IMG/VR virus record: IMGVR_UViG_3300025168_000070
DNA length: 64,000 nucleotides
DNA from: an uncultured virus (IMG/VR IMGVR_UViG_3300025168_000070)
Lineage: Duplodnaviria > Heunggongvirae > Uroviricota > Caudoviricetes
Direction: 5' to 3' (one strand)
Part shown: piece by piece, positions 19,882-29,971 of the stretch
How the letters are laid out: every line of letters begins with the position of its first letter
Position numbering within the stretch: the first letter of the stretch is position 1
Program-made: the position numbers and the translations under genes
The notes under the pieces: generated by a model
The model's database searches: none
The model's input: only the letters and a program-made list of their open reading frames with translations
Told to the model about the DNA's origin: nothing

Positions 19882-20160
19882 ATGAGTAAAAGCAACGAAG
19901 AATTGACTACGGACATTGATTCTATGAATCATGGTTTGTTAAGCGTACATCAAGGATTACAAGTAGTATTGGCTGAATTAAACTTAGTATCGACATTACT
20001 ACTTAATGACCTAAAAGAAAGAGGAAAGATAAGACAAGTAAACTGTGTTAACTGCGACCAACTAAATAATATACCTTTGGTTGCCGGTATGGAAGTGGAT
20101 GAGTTGATTTGTAGGTTCTGTAATAACGACTTAGAAACCAAAGTGGAGGAAGAAGAATGA
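19882..20160 (+). CDS. Zn-ribbon protein
   Basis: CVNC...CRFC; promoter box 29 nt upstream. Confidence 0.65.
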   Translation: MSKSNEELTTDIDSMNHGLLSVHQGLQVVLAELNLVSTLLLNDLKERGKIRQVNCVNCDQLNNIPLVAGMEVDELICRFCNNDLETKVEEEE

Positions 20161-20237
20161 CAAGAAGAACACCCTCTTCATTATGGACTAATCCTCGTAA
20201 ATTGAAAGTACAACGAGTAAAAGAGGAAGAGGAATGA
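20157..20237 (+). CDS. 26-aa linker micro-ORF
   Basis: MTRRTPSSLWTNPRKLKVQRVKEEEE*; ATGA overlaps at both ends. Confidence 0.4.
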   Translation: MTRRTPSSLWTNPRKLKVQRVKEEEE

Positions 20238-21121
20238 CCTCTTGTGAATGTGTAATACACCCAATTACGAATATTTGTATGAAGTGTGCAGACGATGAAA
20301 CGCTCAGAGAACACTCCTCTTATGACCCAACGGAAGAGGGTAAAGTATTGCGTGTTGCTAAATCTTCCTTTATGAATTACGAATACTGCCCTAGACAATA
20401 CTACTGGGATAAAGTAATACTAAAGGATTTGAGAATGCCCGCTAGTGAGGCTATGATAAGAGGTACTTATATCCATCAAGGACTAGAAGATTTCTATGAG
20501 TCATGGGAAGGCCAACACCATTTGAAGCCACTATTCCCTCCTGATGAAGTCTTTGAGACTTTAGCAGAATTGGAGCAACAGAGATTAGAGGCATGGGGTA
20601 TTGAATATTTTGCTCCAGTTGAAGTCGAAAAGAAAAGAGTATACTACAATGAAAAATATGATATTGTTATTACTGGTATGATTGATGGTGTTGTTAGACA
20701 TGAAGATGGTACTTTGGCAATATTAGAATTGAAGACAGGAAATAGCAACGCAGGTAAGATTACAAAAACAAGAAAGGAATTATGTTTCTATCGTATGGTT
20801 ATAGAAGATATGGATGGAGAGGTAGCAACTAGATTCATATATGTTCTTCCTGATGCTACAAGTGAAAAACTATTGAGGTCCCTACAATCACAAAAAAACA
20901 AGACAGTTTGGGTCGGGGAGGATGCAGGTATAACCCTTGTTGAAAAGGTTAATATGAGAAGTGTCTCATCATTTAATTCCCGCTTTGAGTCATTCCTTGA
21001 GAGGATTAGAAACGAAGAATGGGGTATGAATTGGGATGATTGGAGATGCCCTCAATGGTGTTCCTATGTCATGTCATGTGAAGAAGAAGTAGCAGGAGTG
21101 TCTTTTAATGATGATATGTGA
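20234..21121 (+). CDS. Cas4-like PD-(D/E)xK exonuclease with Fe-S cysteines
   Basis: YCPRQYY, RGTYIH, ITGMIDGV, ELKTG, C-terminal CPQWCSYVMSC. Confidence 0.85.
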   Translation: MTSCECVIHPITNICMKCADDETLREHSSYDPTEEGKVLRVAKSSFMNYEYCPRQYYWDKVILKDLRMPASEAMIRGTYIHQGLEDFYESWEGQHHLKPLFPPDEVFETLAELEQQRLEAWGIEYFAPVEVEKKRVYYNEKYDIVITGMIDGVVRHEDGTLAILELKTGNSNAGKITKTRKELCFYRMVIEDMDGEVATRFIYVLPDATSEKLLRSLQSQKNKTVWVGEDAGITLVEKVNMRSVSSFNSRFESFLERIRNEEWGMNWDDWRCPQWCSYVMSCEEEVAGVSFNDDM

Positions 21122-21263
21122 AGAATGTGATAGTGATATTTTAGGTGAGTTTGAAACGTATGTTCAAGTAACTGGAGATGTGGATAAACCTACATTGGAA
21201 ATTACAGTTGCTACTTGTGCTGTATGCGGTCATAGTGGCGTAGTAAATACAAGGGTGTTATAA
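21108..21263 (+). CDS. small Zn-finger protein, 51 aa (not in ORF track)
   Basis: MMICEECDSD...ATCAVCGHSG; stop overlaps primase ATG. Confidence 0.65.
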   Translation: MMICEECDSDILGEFETYVQVTGDVDKPTLEITVATCAVCGHSGVVNTRVL

Positions 21264-22276
21264 TGATGCAGTTGCTAAGTTTCCCTAGACAAATAGGGTT
21301 GAAGAGAGCGTTGTGTTTAACAGAAGAGGATTTTACAAAATACGTTTCTAGATTGAAAAACTTATCATCGACTTATACTAGTCTTTATGCTTTTGATAAT
21401 ATGATTACAGATAGAAAGGTCGATTACGATTCAGCAATTATGGATAGAGCATGGTGGGATTTTGATGTTATGAATGACATAACTATGGACCAAGTGAAAA
21501 GTGATGTTGCTATTTTAATCAATAGACTAGAAGGGGATGTTCGATGCGTTGCTACCGGCAGGGGCTTCCATGTTCATCAATTCTTCGATAGACCAGTCAT
21601 AGGAAGAGAATGGGCTGGTAGGTTGGATACTTATGAAAAAAGTATGGCTAGTGGGTTGCTATCTTTAGATGGGGTAGGTTATCCTGAAAAATTAGCGAGA
21701 GTACCGGATACATACAATCCTAAAAGAAATAGATGGGCTGTGAGTATTGATGCTAGAGCATTTGCTATGCGACCTTTCGATTATAGAATACCAAAAAGAC
21801 CGGACCCTTCTCTAAGTCATTTAAATCCTTTTAGTGGTATACCACTAGGCCCAAGATTTAGTCTTACAGAATGGTATAGAGACAATAAGAAGGTCATAGA
21901 ATCCACTCTTAAAGGCTCCACAAGCCTCCCTACGGACACGGAACCGTTAGCCACTACTGTACCCCTACCTACGTGTTTAGAACGTGCTATACAAGTCTCT
22001 AATCCACCGCATCATGTTAGGGTAGCGTTGGGTCAACACATGGCCGCATCACTAAGATGGTATGCAGACCCCGAAGATTTGACAAGAGAACAAACACAAA
22101 GTATAGAGGATGAAATATGTTCATTTATAGGTACTTTGGATTGGTCCGATTACAAACCTAGTATAACTAGGAAGGCTGTTAAATCGTTAATGAGGTACAA
22201 ACGATACCCTTCACCGGCTTGGTTTAAGAAAAATAATCTATGTGATGGCAACGGATGTTGGTATTGCGGTAATTAG
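21263..22276 (+). CDS. archaeo-eukaryotic primase, PriS fused to PriL-like C-terminal domain
   Basis: WWDFD, ATGRGFHV, RVPDTYN; then LPTCL...PPHHVRVAL and terminal C...C..C. Confidence 0.85.
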   Translation: MMQLLSFPRQIGLKRALCLTEEDFTKYVSRLKNLSSTYTSLYAFDNMITDRKVDYDSAIMDRAWWDFDVMNDITMDQVKSDVAILINRLEGDVRCVATGRGFHVHQFFDRPVIGREWAGRLDTYEKSMASGLLSLDGVGYPEKLARVPDTYNPKRNRWAVSIDARAFAMRPFDYRIPKRPDPSLSHLNPFSGIPLGPRFSLTEWYRDNKKVIESTLKGSTSLPTDTEPLATTVPLPTCLERAIQVSNPPHHVRVALGQHMAASLRWYADPEDLTREQTQSIEDEICSFIGTLDWSDYKPSITRKAVKSLMRYKRYPSPAWFKKNNLCDGNGCWYCGN

Positions 22277-22304
22277 AACCTTTTATGAAGCAACTGATTA
22301 ATCG

Positions 22305-23021
22305 GTGTACGTGGTAGTGTATATAGATGACAGGGAGAACCCTGCACTCATCCACTCTTTACTAGGAAGGTTAGGAGATGCTGATACAGAAAGCAACGGT
22401 AAAGGAAAGGTCAAAAGACTGTCAACTGGTGATTATGTTATAGGTTCTTGGGGTATCGAAGCCAAAGAAATAAATGATTTATACCGTACTATACTAGGTA
22501 TAGGTCGTAATAGAAACCTAACACAACAACTAGCAGACCTTTGTGATGCTTACGAATATCCTATCTTAGCAGTATATGGTACACAACTCAAGCCTTTCTT
22601 TAGAGGTAGGACAAGTAAGAAAGTGGTTGCTCAAGAGATAATGAAGATGAAAGGGGTTATTCGTAATTTCAAAATGAATATGTATGCTAGATTTCCTAAA
22701 ATTAGATATATTGAGTTTGCTACTATGGAAGACTATGTTCAATGGATAATAACATCTCATACTAAATTAGCAGTTAATAATGCAATAGCAGCAGATAAAA
22801 AGATGCGAAGAAGTGGAAACTTTTCTGAAGATTATAGGGCTGTAATGCTAGCAACGATTCCGGGTGTTTCATTAGAATCTGCTCATGCGTTGCTAAAAGA
22901 GTTTGGTTCTTTAAGGAATATATTATTAAAAAAGAATAATAAAAAATCATTAACTAAAGTAAAAGGTATTAGCAACCCAACGGCTGAAAGAATAATATCT
23001 GTAAGAGAAGATTATCAATAA
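22305..23021 (+). CDS. ERCC4/XPF-type nuclease with HhH motifs
   Basis: IDDRE, GDYVI, EAKE..DL; IPGVS...A..LL..FGSL and VKGIS..TA HhH motifs. Confidence 0.85.
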   Translation: MYVVVYIDDRENPALIHSLLGRLGDADTESNGKGKVKRLSTGDYVIGSWGIEAKEINDLYRTILGIGRNRNLTQQLADLCDAYEYPILAVYGTQLKPFFRGRTSKKVVAQEIMKMKGVIRNFKMNMYARFPKIRYIEFATMEDYVQWIITSHTKLAVNNAIAADKKMRRSGNFSEDYRAVMLATIPGVSLESAHALLKEFGSLRNILLKKNNKKSLTKVKGISNPTAERIISVREDYQ

Positions 23022-26000
23022 GGCTTAAATGCTTTAGCACTAGATTTAGAAGGGTTTGTAGCCCTTCTAGTTGATAAAGATATATTATGTAATCTTAATG
23101 CTCTATAAGATGCTGTGTCGGTTCCTAAACCCGGATTTCTAGTTATAGTAACCTTTAGGTTGCTACCAGCAACAGCACCTTTAACTTTTTGTGAAAACAA
23201 TATGTATTCTTTTCTATCTGTTAAAGTTGAACCGATAGTGATTGTGTTGCTACCAAAATTAGTATTATCCTCCGACTCAACCTTTATTGTAAGAACAGCA
23301 CTTTGATTAGCAGTTTGTTTTGTTCCATCTAAAGTAGCCTGTGCTTTTAATACTACAAAATTATCTATTGAATCACTAGGTACTCTTACTAAAAATGATT
23401 GTTCGTGTGATACACCGGTTCTAGCGGCTCCATCACTATCTATATATGTGCCGGGAAATACAAACCCATCACTACAATTAACACTACCACTACCAGTAAT
23501 AATTGCATCAAAACCATCAATACTAGTATCTGCTGTACTAGTGTTTGCTATCTTTTTCTGTCCTATAACACCCCACTCAGCATCAGCACTTCCAACATCT
23601 GTTTTAAACTCAGTTGCACCGGATAGTCTAGACATAGTAGTAAGGCTCAAAGTCTTTAATTCAATACCTTTATCTCTCATTCCACCTTCTTTATTTGGAG
23701 AAACAGTACCTTGACCTTGAGGACTAGATGGTGTGTAGTGTTGTTGTCCTTCTCCATCTTGTACTCCTCCTGTTGGTTTAGCATCTGCAAATAAAGACGC
23801 TAATGTTTTCTTATATCTTGCCTCGTTTCTTTCTAATGTAAGCGTAAGACTAGGTGTATTTTGTCTTACTTTGTTATACTGTACTCCAGTTATTATCATA
23901 CTTTGAGATGATAAATCTATATGACTATCTGTTATAGTTAGGTTGGTTGCTGGATAGTAATTAACATCGTTTACAACATTTAATCTAGGTGCATACCACG
24001 CAACTCTTTCATTAGATATACCTCCCTCTGTTATATCTATTCTCATACCTAATGGGAATAAAGACTTAGAATCAACACTACTAAATGTACTAAGACCCGG
24101 AATGTTGCTAGCATTTTTTATTTGGTCTCCGCATCTAGTCCTAAGTATTGCTCTTAAATAATCTGTATTTACAGATATAATCATTTTAGCACCAGCAGTT
24201 GCTCCATAAGTGGAAGGAAATGCTAATTCATAAAAACCATTACCATTTACTAAAACAGAAGAATTAGATTTATATGTTGCTGTAAATTGAGATACACTAC
24301 CTGTATTAGCAAACAAATAATCTATTGCGTGAATAGTAAACTCTGCGTCATCAGCATTAGTCCCACTAGCAACACTAATACAAAATCTAATTTCAGAACC
24401 CCAGTTAGTACTAACACTAGGAGTTGATTTAGGTATATGTACTATTTGCATAGCATGACTAATACTTTTTGCACCATAGTTAGTATAGTAATCTTTTGCA
24501 GGGAATGTGTTAATATATTCTATTTGTGCGTTAGCATTACTAATACTATCCATATTTGCTGGATAATAAAATGTTATCTTATCACTACCACTAGTAATAT
24601 TACCAAAGCCTGATACACTAGGGTCAGGTACGTTAAACGTACCAGTTACACTACCGCCATGTGTTTTACTCCAATCTAAATCTAAAGTACCTTGAGTCCA
24701 TCTTAATCCACCATTTCCACCTGCTGCTTCTGAACAACCAAGTATAACAAGGTTTTGTGATAATGGCGTTGTTCTATCATTAAATATAGCAGTACGAATA
24801 GCGTTATTTTTATCACTCCTACTAATACCATCCATAGCATTACACATCCCCGGATATGGTATACCACCATACAATGAAGACCAAGAACAAGCATACTTTT
24901 CTTTATTATTTATCTCTAATGTAACAACAGCAGGGTCAGCAATATAACCATATTTAGCATTAGCAAGATAAGGGTCTTTTTCTGTTCCTTCGCCTATTAA
25001 CATCACATCAACAGACATAGCACTTGACCTTCTTACATCATATTCTTTCTTTGCCAAAGCCAATGCTTCATCTTTACTTCTTACAGCAGATAAATCTAAT
25101 ATCTTCCATCTAGCCTCTGAATTATTACTTACTTCGGGATAATCAACAAACGCTTTATTACCATCGTAATACGCTCTAATGTTGGTAACTATGCCTGTTG
25201 CATCTAACTTCATATTAGCATTTTTTATATTATTTCTTGTTAGTGTTAAATTAGAATTAAATGAAGGTCTATAATCATACATACCATCCCTACCAACAAC
25301 TCTAGAAAAAATCTTATTAGTACCACTAGAACCAGTACCACTATTTCTTCTTATTGAATCTATTCCTTTTTGGAAAGTATTATTTCTAATATCAGTAATA
25401 GTACCAAAGTCTTCAAAGTCAGTACCAGTATGTGCTACTTGTGTAGTAGTCATATTGTTAGTTAAAGGTACATTATTAATATCTGCAATACAAGGTAAGT
25501 GTGTGTTTCTAGTCCATGTATTTAGCAACGCTGTATTTTGTAGCATTCTAATTTTATCACTATCGTAGTATGTACCACTATTTTTATCAGATACATAACC
25601 ATCTATACTCATTAGCAACCTAAATCCATACAAAGCGGCTGGTGTATTGTATACAACAACACTATCATATCCTTCTGTTGTAGTATTAGCAGGGTCTTTT
25701 ACTTGTATATTTGCTCTGCTTCCTAAACTCCATTCACTACTTGAATCATCTAAAAACTGCCTAATACTTGCAGGGTCAACATTCATATCAGGATAACCTG
25801 CAATATATACATTAGTTAATGTATTACCTGAAACTCCATTCCATCTCAAAGCAAATAAATGTCTTTCTTTTCCTGTTTCTGCTACAATTACACCATAACC
25901 ATCCACGCTACCTAAATCAAAATGTGTAGTATCTTGTAAAGCCAAACTTGTTTGGTCCACTATTATACTATCACCATCAAATAGTGTAGCATCATTTAAA

Positions 26001-29000
26001 AAGTTAAATTGATTAGGATGGTTTGCTATATTAGATGTTGTAGTATTATCTAAACTAGTACCGGTGTTTTGATAACTAGCAACGGCTCGCATCCAATAAT
26101 TATCTAAAAGATATGGTTTACCAGCAATAGGAATGTCATAATCATCAAAGTGAGCAAGACCACCTACTTCATACCCCGGTCTTCCATTGGTTGCTTCGGT
26201 ATTCATATTAAAGAACCTGCTAGCATCTATAACTAAAAACGACCCACCTTTATTTTTCCAATCGGAATAAGGATTACTACCACCTGTTATCAATTCTGCT
26301 ATTTTAGATGTATCAGAACCATTTGTTAGGTCAGACCAATCACTACCACTATACGGTTCTGCATCAGCATCCACATTCCATATATCCACTTCTTCACCTA
26401 TCTTTAAACTAGTGAATGGTGTATTGTCATTATCTTCATCAAACTGGTCTGAAAATACGAGGTCTATATTATAGTTAGAAGTAGTAGGCAACATAAGTCC
26501 AAAATCACTTACATTATTTCCATCATTAGCATCTGCGTTGCCGTCATTTCTCATATCAGACCATAGCAACCATATATGTTTATAGCCGTTGCTTTCATCT
26601 ATTTCTCTGTATCTGTATAGGAAATCACCGGAAGTCCAATCTGTTCGTTGCCCTTTTACATTTTGTATATTAAAACTACCAAAGTATATACTACCTGTTG
26701 AAGAAGTAAACTCACTTATATTATAACTAGCATTTGATGTTGTTGGAGAAGATATTTTATTTGTGTATTCATACACAGCATAATTACCAATACCTACACC
26801 TGTTACAACACTATTCCTAGTAATAAGAGGCCACATATCATCAGGGTCATTGAACCAAGATGTAATAACATTAGAAGTATTATTTACTTTAGTATCAAAC
26901 CCTGTTATTCTTACAGCAACATATTTTGTTACACCACCTGTTTGTGTATAAATACCACTAACTTGAAAAACACCATTTAAATGTGGATTATCAAAACCAG
27001 TATGTACCACAATATCCCATATATTAATTGTATCGTTGCTAACTTGAAATCCGTTTTTCCAAGCACTACCTTCAATACTAACACCAGCACCGCTATTTAA
27101 TTGTATATAGGATAAAGAAGCCGTACTGGGAGTTGTAGTACCGTCAAACAATACAGTATCTCTTCTTTTAGTAATAGGGTCTATAACATCTAAAATACCC
27201 GGCTTTCCTAAAACTACATTGTAATACCATATTGCAGGGTCATCACAACTAAGTGTTGTACTAGATGTGGTAAAAGAAGATATACCAGTAAATGTAGCAG
27301 TATCTTGTGAGTATGTACTAGCAAGTGTAGGAGCAACGGGATTATTTATTATTGTATTTTTACCTGCCGAGTGATGGCAAGTTTTAGATATAACAGCAAA
27401 CTTTGATTTGAACCAAAGCGATTCTGATATATCACGCATCCATCTTGTATGTACGTTTCTATAATACCCTCCTTTTTTAGCGGTATAATAATCTGTTTGG
27501 TGTTTACCTACTATGTGTAGGTTATTATCCGATACTCCATAAGTAAGTGCATAACTTTCGTTTATTATAGGTAATCTATATCCAGCAGCACCAAAGTTTT
27601 GTGCTGTGGTATCTGTAATATTCATATTAGTAACTTCAATATCAAAAGTAGTAGTGGAAGGTACACCTATTATTCTATATCTTCCTCCATCAAATAAAAA
27701 TGCCTGTGATACTGGTTCGTTGTTACTACTAGGATTAATAACAGAACCGAATAATATTTTACTACCTAATACTAAATTATGTGCGCTAACAGTAGTAAAC
27801 CTAAGTGTCTTTTTACTACTATGAACCTTATCAGTATATAGTAATTGATATTGAGTACATAATCTAGAATTAGAATGTAGTAAACCTAAGTTAGCCGGAT
27901 TAGCAACTTTCAATAATTTATAAGAAGTAGGTGTTTCATCAGGAGCATCCCCACTCCTACTCATACTTGTTATTGTTGAAACCGTAAAAGTCTTAGTACC
28001 TAAAAGATTACCAAAAGTTGTCATTATAGTATCAGAAGCAGATACACCACTAGAGCCAACTAAGTGTGCGTTGCTATCAATAGCAAAATAAGTAAAACTT
28101 GTAGTAGGAGTAAAAATAAATCTAGCATCTGTTAACATATACTTAGGAGAATCATAACCATCCCATTCTTTTTCTGCGTTATTAGGACCATTAACATCTT
28201 CGTTAATATACATTTGAATTGGATGTGAAGAACCTAAAGATGTTCTTTGGTTGTCTAATGTAGTAAAATCAGAGTCTTCAAAACCAATAGTGGAGTTATT
28301 AAAAGTAAGTTTTTTAGTCCCTGTGTTTAATACATCTTCCATATTTTTTACTAAATTATAATTCTTTTCTATTTGTGTATTTAGTGATAAATGTCCTTCT
28401 CTTGACAGGAAGGCAGATTGACCTGTTTCCCATACTGGTATTTGTCTATCTAGCAACGCATACTTTTCATCAGCAACAAACAAGGTTTCTAATGTTTGTT
28501 GTTTTGGGTTTTGTGTATGAGCCATACTACTTATAGTACCCCAAAATATAGGTCTATCTAAATTATCTCTAAAAATTAACATATCCCATTCTGTAAAGCC
28601 TTCCGAAGATATTAAACTGGTTAATCCGTATCTATTATCATCATCAGATATAACTAACTGTACAGATGATAAAGCATTTATTTGTTTATTGATAGTTAAT
28701 GTATTAATAGGAGTATAATTAGTATCTTGTATTGCATCTCCTACCGGGATATATAGTGCTGCTCTATCTATACAAGTAATCATACCTACGTTTTTACTCA
28801 TGGCTCCAGCGCAATTCACATCAAGAGACCAACCATATATATCACCAGCAGACCAATTGTTGCTAAATGCACCGTTGCTAACTAATGTACCATCTGCATA
28901 TGCTTTGTATGTATTAGCGGAAAAATCTAATACAACATCTATATCAGTCCATTGGTCGTTGTTATCGGATGCAGTATAATTATCTATTTCTAAATAATTT

Positions 29001-29971
29001 CCACTATTATAATTTAAGTGGCTAGTGGAAATATCTATTGATAGCAACGGGTTGCTACCAAATGTTTGATTACTTTTATTGAATCCATCTGCTTTCTTAT
29101 ATCCTAAATTAAGAGTATATCTAGCATCAGCCCAACCTCCCATAGCATGACAAGCAATTCTCATATTAAATGTATCACCTAAACCTACAAATTGCATAGG
29201 TCCATCGTAGTTTAGTATTCTATGCCTACCAGTACTATTACCAAATAATTTAGAAACCAAGAAAGGTTTACCTGCTGGAGACTTTAGGGGATATAAGTTT
29301 TTAGTTGACGTTCCCCTACTAGAAGAAGAAGTATTCATTTGTTCTCCCATCAATACTCCTGCTAAGGATATTGACTTAGTACCATACTGCCCCTCGACAT
29401 CCACACGTATATGCGAACCAGCACCTTCGTACATATCACCATCATTATCTGCTGCGTTACTAGCGTACACTCTAGACCTACCTGCGGTAGCATCAATAGT
29501 ACTTAATGGTGCATAGTACACACCTCTTGTATCATGTGCGTTTACAAACGCTTCATACGAATCTCCTGCTGCTCCACTAAATCTTTGCCTAGTACCTCTT
29601 CTAGAATCAGGATATTGTAGTTGAGCCCTACCTTCCCAATCATATTTATTATTTCTAATTAAATCTAACGTCAACCATTGATGATGTCCTTCGTTTTTTA
29701 ATGATGGTGAAGTAGTAGTAAACAATTGCGCTGAACTAAAAAAATCACTACCTACTAAATAAGAAGTATATTGCGCTCTATCAGCAAATGAATAACGAAA
29801 AGTAGGATTGTTAAATGCTTCTCCGTTCATAGGATTACCATGATGAGTAATAGTATGGTCTGTTGATGTAGCGTTAGCAGCATTTAAATCATCTGCTATT
29901 GACTTACAGGATTGAAAATCATCATAGTAGCCCGTAAGCCACACGTTTATATCGTCTGTTGTGGTTCTCAT
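23015..29971 (-). CDS. giant tail tip/baseplate hub-like virion protein (2318 aa)
   Basis: directly after tape measure; beta-rich, with a lectin-like segment (WTDIDVVLDFSANTYKAYADG). Confidence 0.65.
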   Translation of the reverse strand: MRTTTDDINVWLTGYYDDFQSCKSIADDLNAANATSTDHTITHHGNPMNGEAFNNPTFRYSFADRAQYTSYLVGSDFFSSAQLFTTTSPSLKNEGHHQWLTLDLIRNNKYDWEGRAQLQYPDSRRGTRQRFSGAAGDSYEAFVNAHDTRGVYYAPLSTIDATAGRSRVYASNAADNDGDMYEGAGSHIRVDVEGQYGTKSISLAGVLMGEQMNTSSSSRGTSTKNLYPLKSPAGKPFLVSKLFGNSTGRHRILNYDGPMQFVGLGDTFNMRIACHAMGGWADARYTLNLGYKKADGFNKSNQTFGSNPLLSIDISTSHLNYNSGNYLEIDNYTASDNNDQWTDIDVVLDFSANTYKAYADGTLVSNGAFSNNWSAGDIYGWSLDVNCAGAMSKNVGMITCIDRAALYIPVGDAIQDTNYTPINTLTINKQINALSSVQLVISDDDNRYGLTSLISSEGFTEWDMLIFRDNLDRPIFWGTISSMAHTQNPKQQTLETLFVADEKYALLDRQIPVWETGQSAFLSREGHLSLNTQIEKNYNLVKNMEDVLNTGTKKLTFNNSTIGFEDSDFTTLDNQRTSLGSSHPIQMYINEDVNGPNNAEKEWDGYDSPKYMLTDARFIFTPTTSFTYFAIDSNAHLVGSSGVSASDTIMTTFGNLLGTKTFTVSTITSMSRSGDAPDETPTSYKLLKVANPANLGLLHSNSRLCTQYQLLYTDKVHSSKKTLRFTTVSAHNLVLGSKILFGSVINPSSNNEPVSQAFLFDGGRYRIIGVPSTTTFDIEVTNMNITDTTAQNFGAAGYRLPIINESYALTYGVSDNNLHIVGKHQTDYYTAKKGGYYRNVHTRWMRDISESLWFKSKFAVISKTCHHSAGKNTIINNPVAPTLASTYSQDTATFTGISSFTTSSTTLSCDDPAIWYYNVVLGKPGILDVIDPITKRRDTVLFDGTTTPSTASLSYIQLNSGAGVSIEGSAWKNGFQVSNDTINIWDIVVHTGFDNPHLNGVFQVSGIYTQTGGVTKYVAVRITGFDTKVNNTSNVITSWFNDPDDMWPLITRNSVVTGVGIGNYAVYEYTNKISSPTTSNASYNISEFTSSTGSIYFGSFNIQNVKGQRTDWTSGDFLYRYREIDESNGYKHIWLLWSDMRNDGNADANDGNNVSDFGLMLPTTSNYNIDLVFSDQFDEDNDNTPFTSLKIGEEVDIWNVDADAEPYSGSDWSDLTNGSDTSKIAELITGGSNPYSDWKNKGGSFLVIDASRFFNMNTEATNGRPGYEVGGLAHFDDYDIPIAGKPYLLDNYWMRAVASYQNTGTSLDNTTTSNIANHPNQFNFLNDATLFDGDSIIVDQTSLALQDTTHFDLGSVDGYGVIVAETGKERHLFALRWNGVSGNTLTNVYIAGYPDMNVDPASIRQFLDDSSSEWSLGSRANIQVKDPANTTTEGYDSVVVYNTPAALYGFRLLMSIDGYVSDKNSGTYYDSDKIRMLQNTALLNTWTRNTHLPCIADINNVPLTNNMTTTQVAHTGTDFEDFGTITDIRNNTFQKGIDSIRRNSGTGSSGTNKIFSRVVGRDGMYDYRPSFNSNLTLTRNNIKNANMKLDATGIVTNIRAYYDGNKAFVDYPEVSNNSEARWKILDLSAVRSKDEALALAKKEYDVRRSSAMSVDVMLIGEGTEKDPYLANAKYGYIADPAVVTLEINNKEKYACSWSSLYGGIPYPGMCNAMDGISRSDKNNAIRTAIFNDRTTPLSQNLVILGCSEAAGGNGGLRWTQGTLDLDWSKTHGGSVTGTFNVPDPSVSGFGNITSGSDKITFYYPANMDSISNANAQIEYINTFPAKDYYTNYGAKSISHAMQIVHIPKSTPSVSTNWGSEIRFCISVASGTNADDAEFTIHAIDYLFANTGSVSQFTATYKSNSSVLVNGNGFYELAFPSTYGATAGAKMIISVNTDYLRAILRTRCGDQIKNASNIPGLSTFSSVDSKSLFPLGMRIDITEGGISNERVAWYAPRLNVVNDVNYYPATNLTITDSHIDLSSQSMIITGVQYNKVRQNTPSLTLTLERNEARYKKTLASLFADAKPTGGVQDGEGQQHYTPSSPQGQGTVSPNKEGGMRDKGIELKTLSLTTMSRLSGATEFKTDVGSADAEWGVIGQKKIANTSTADTSIDGFDAIITGSGSVNCSDGFVFPGTYIDSDGAARTGVSHEQSFLVRVPSDSIDNFVVLKAQATLDGTKQTANQSAVLTIKVESEDNTNFGSNTITIGSTLTDRKEYILFSQKVKGAVAGSNLKVTITRNPGLGTDTASYRALRLHNISLSTRRATNPSKSSAKAFKPY

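Noticed and set aside
20234..21121. Cas4-like gene as part of a CRISPR system
   Set aside because: No cas1/cas2 or array; solo Cas4-like nucleases are common in archaeal viral replication modules
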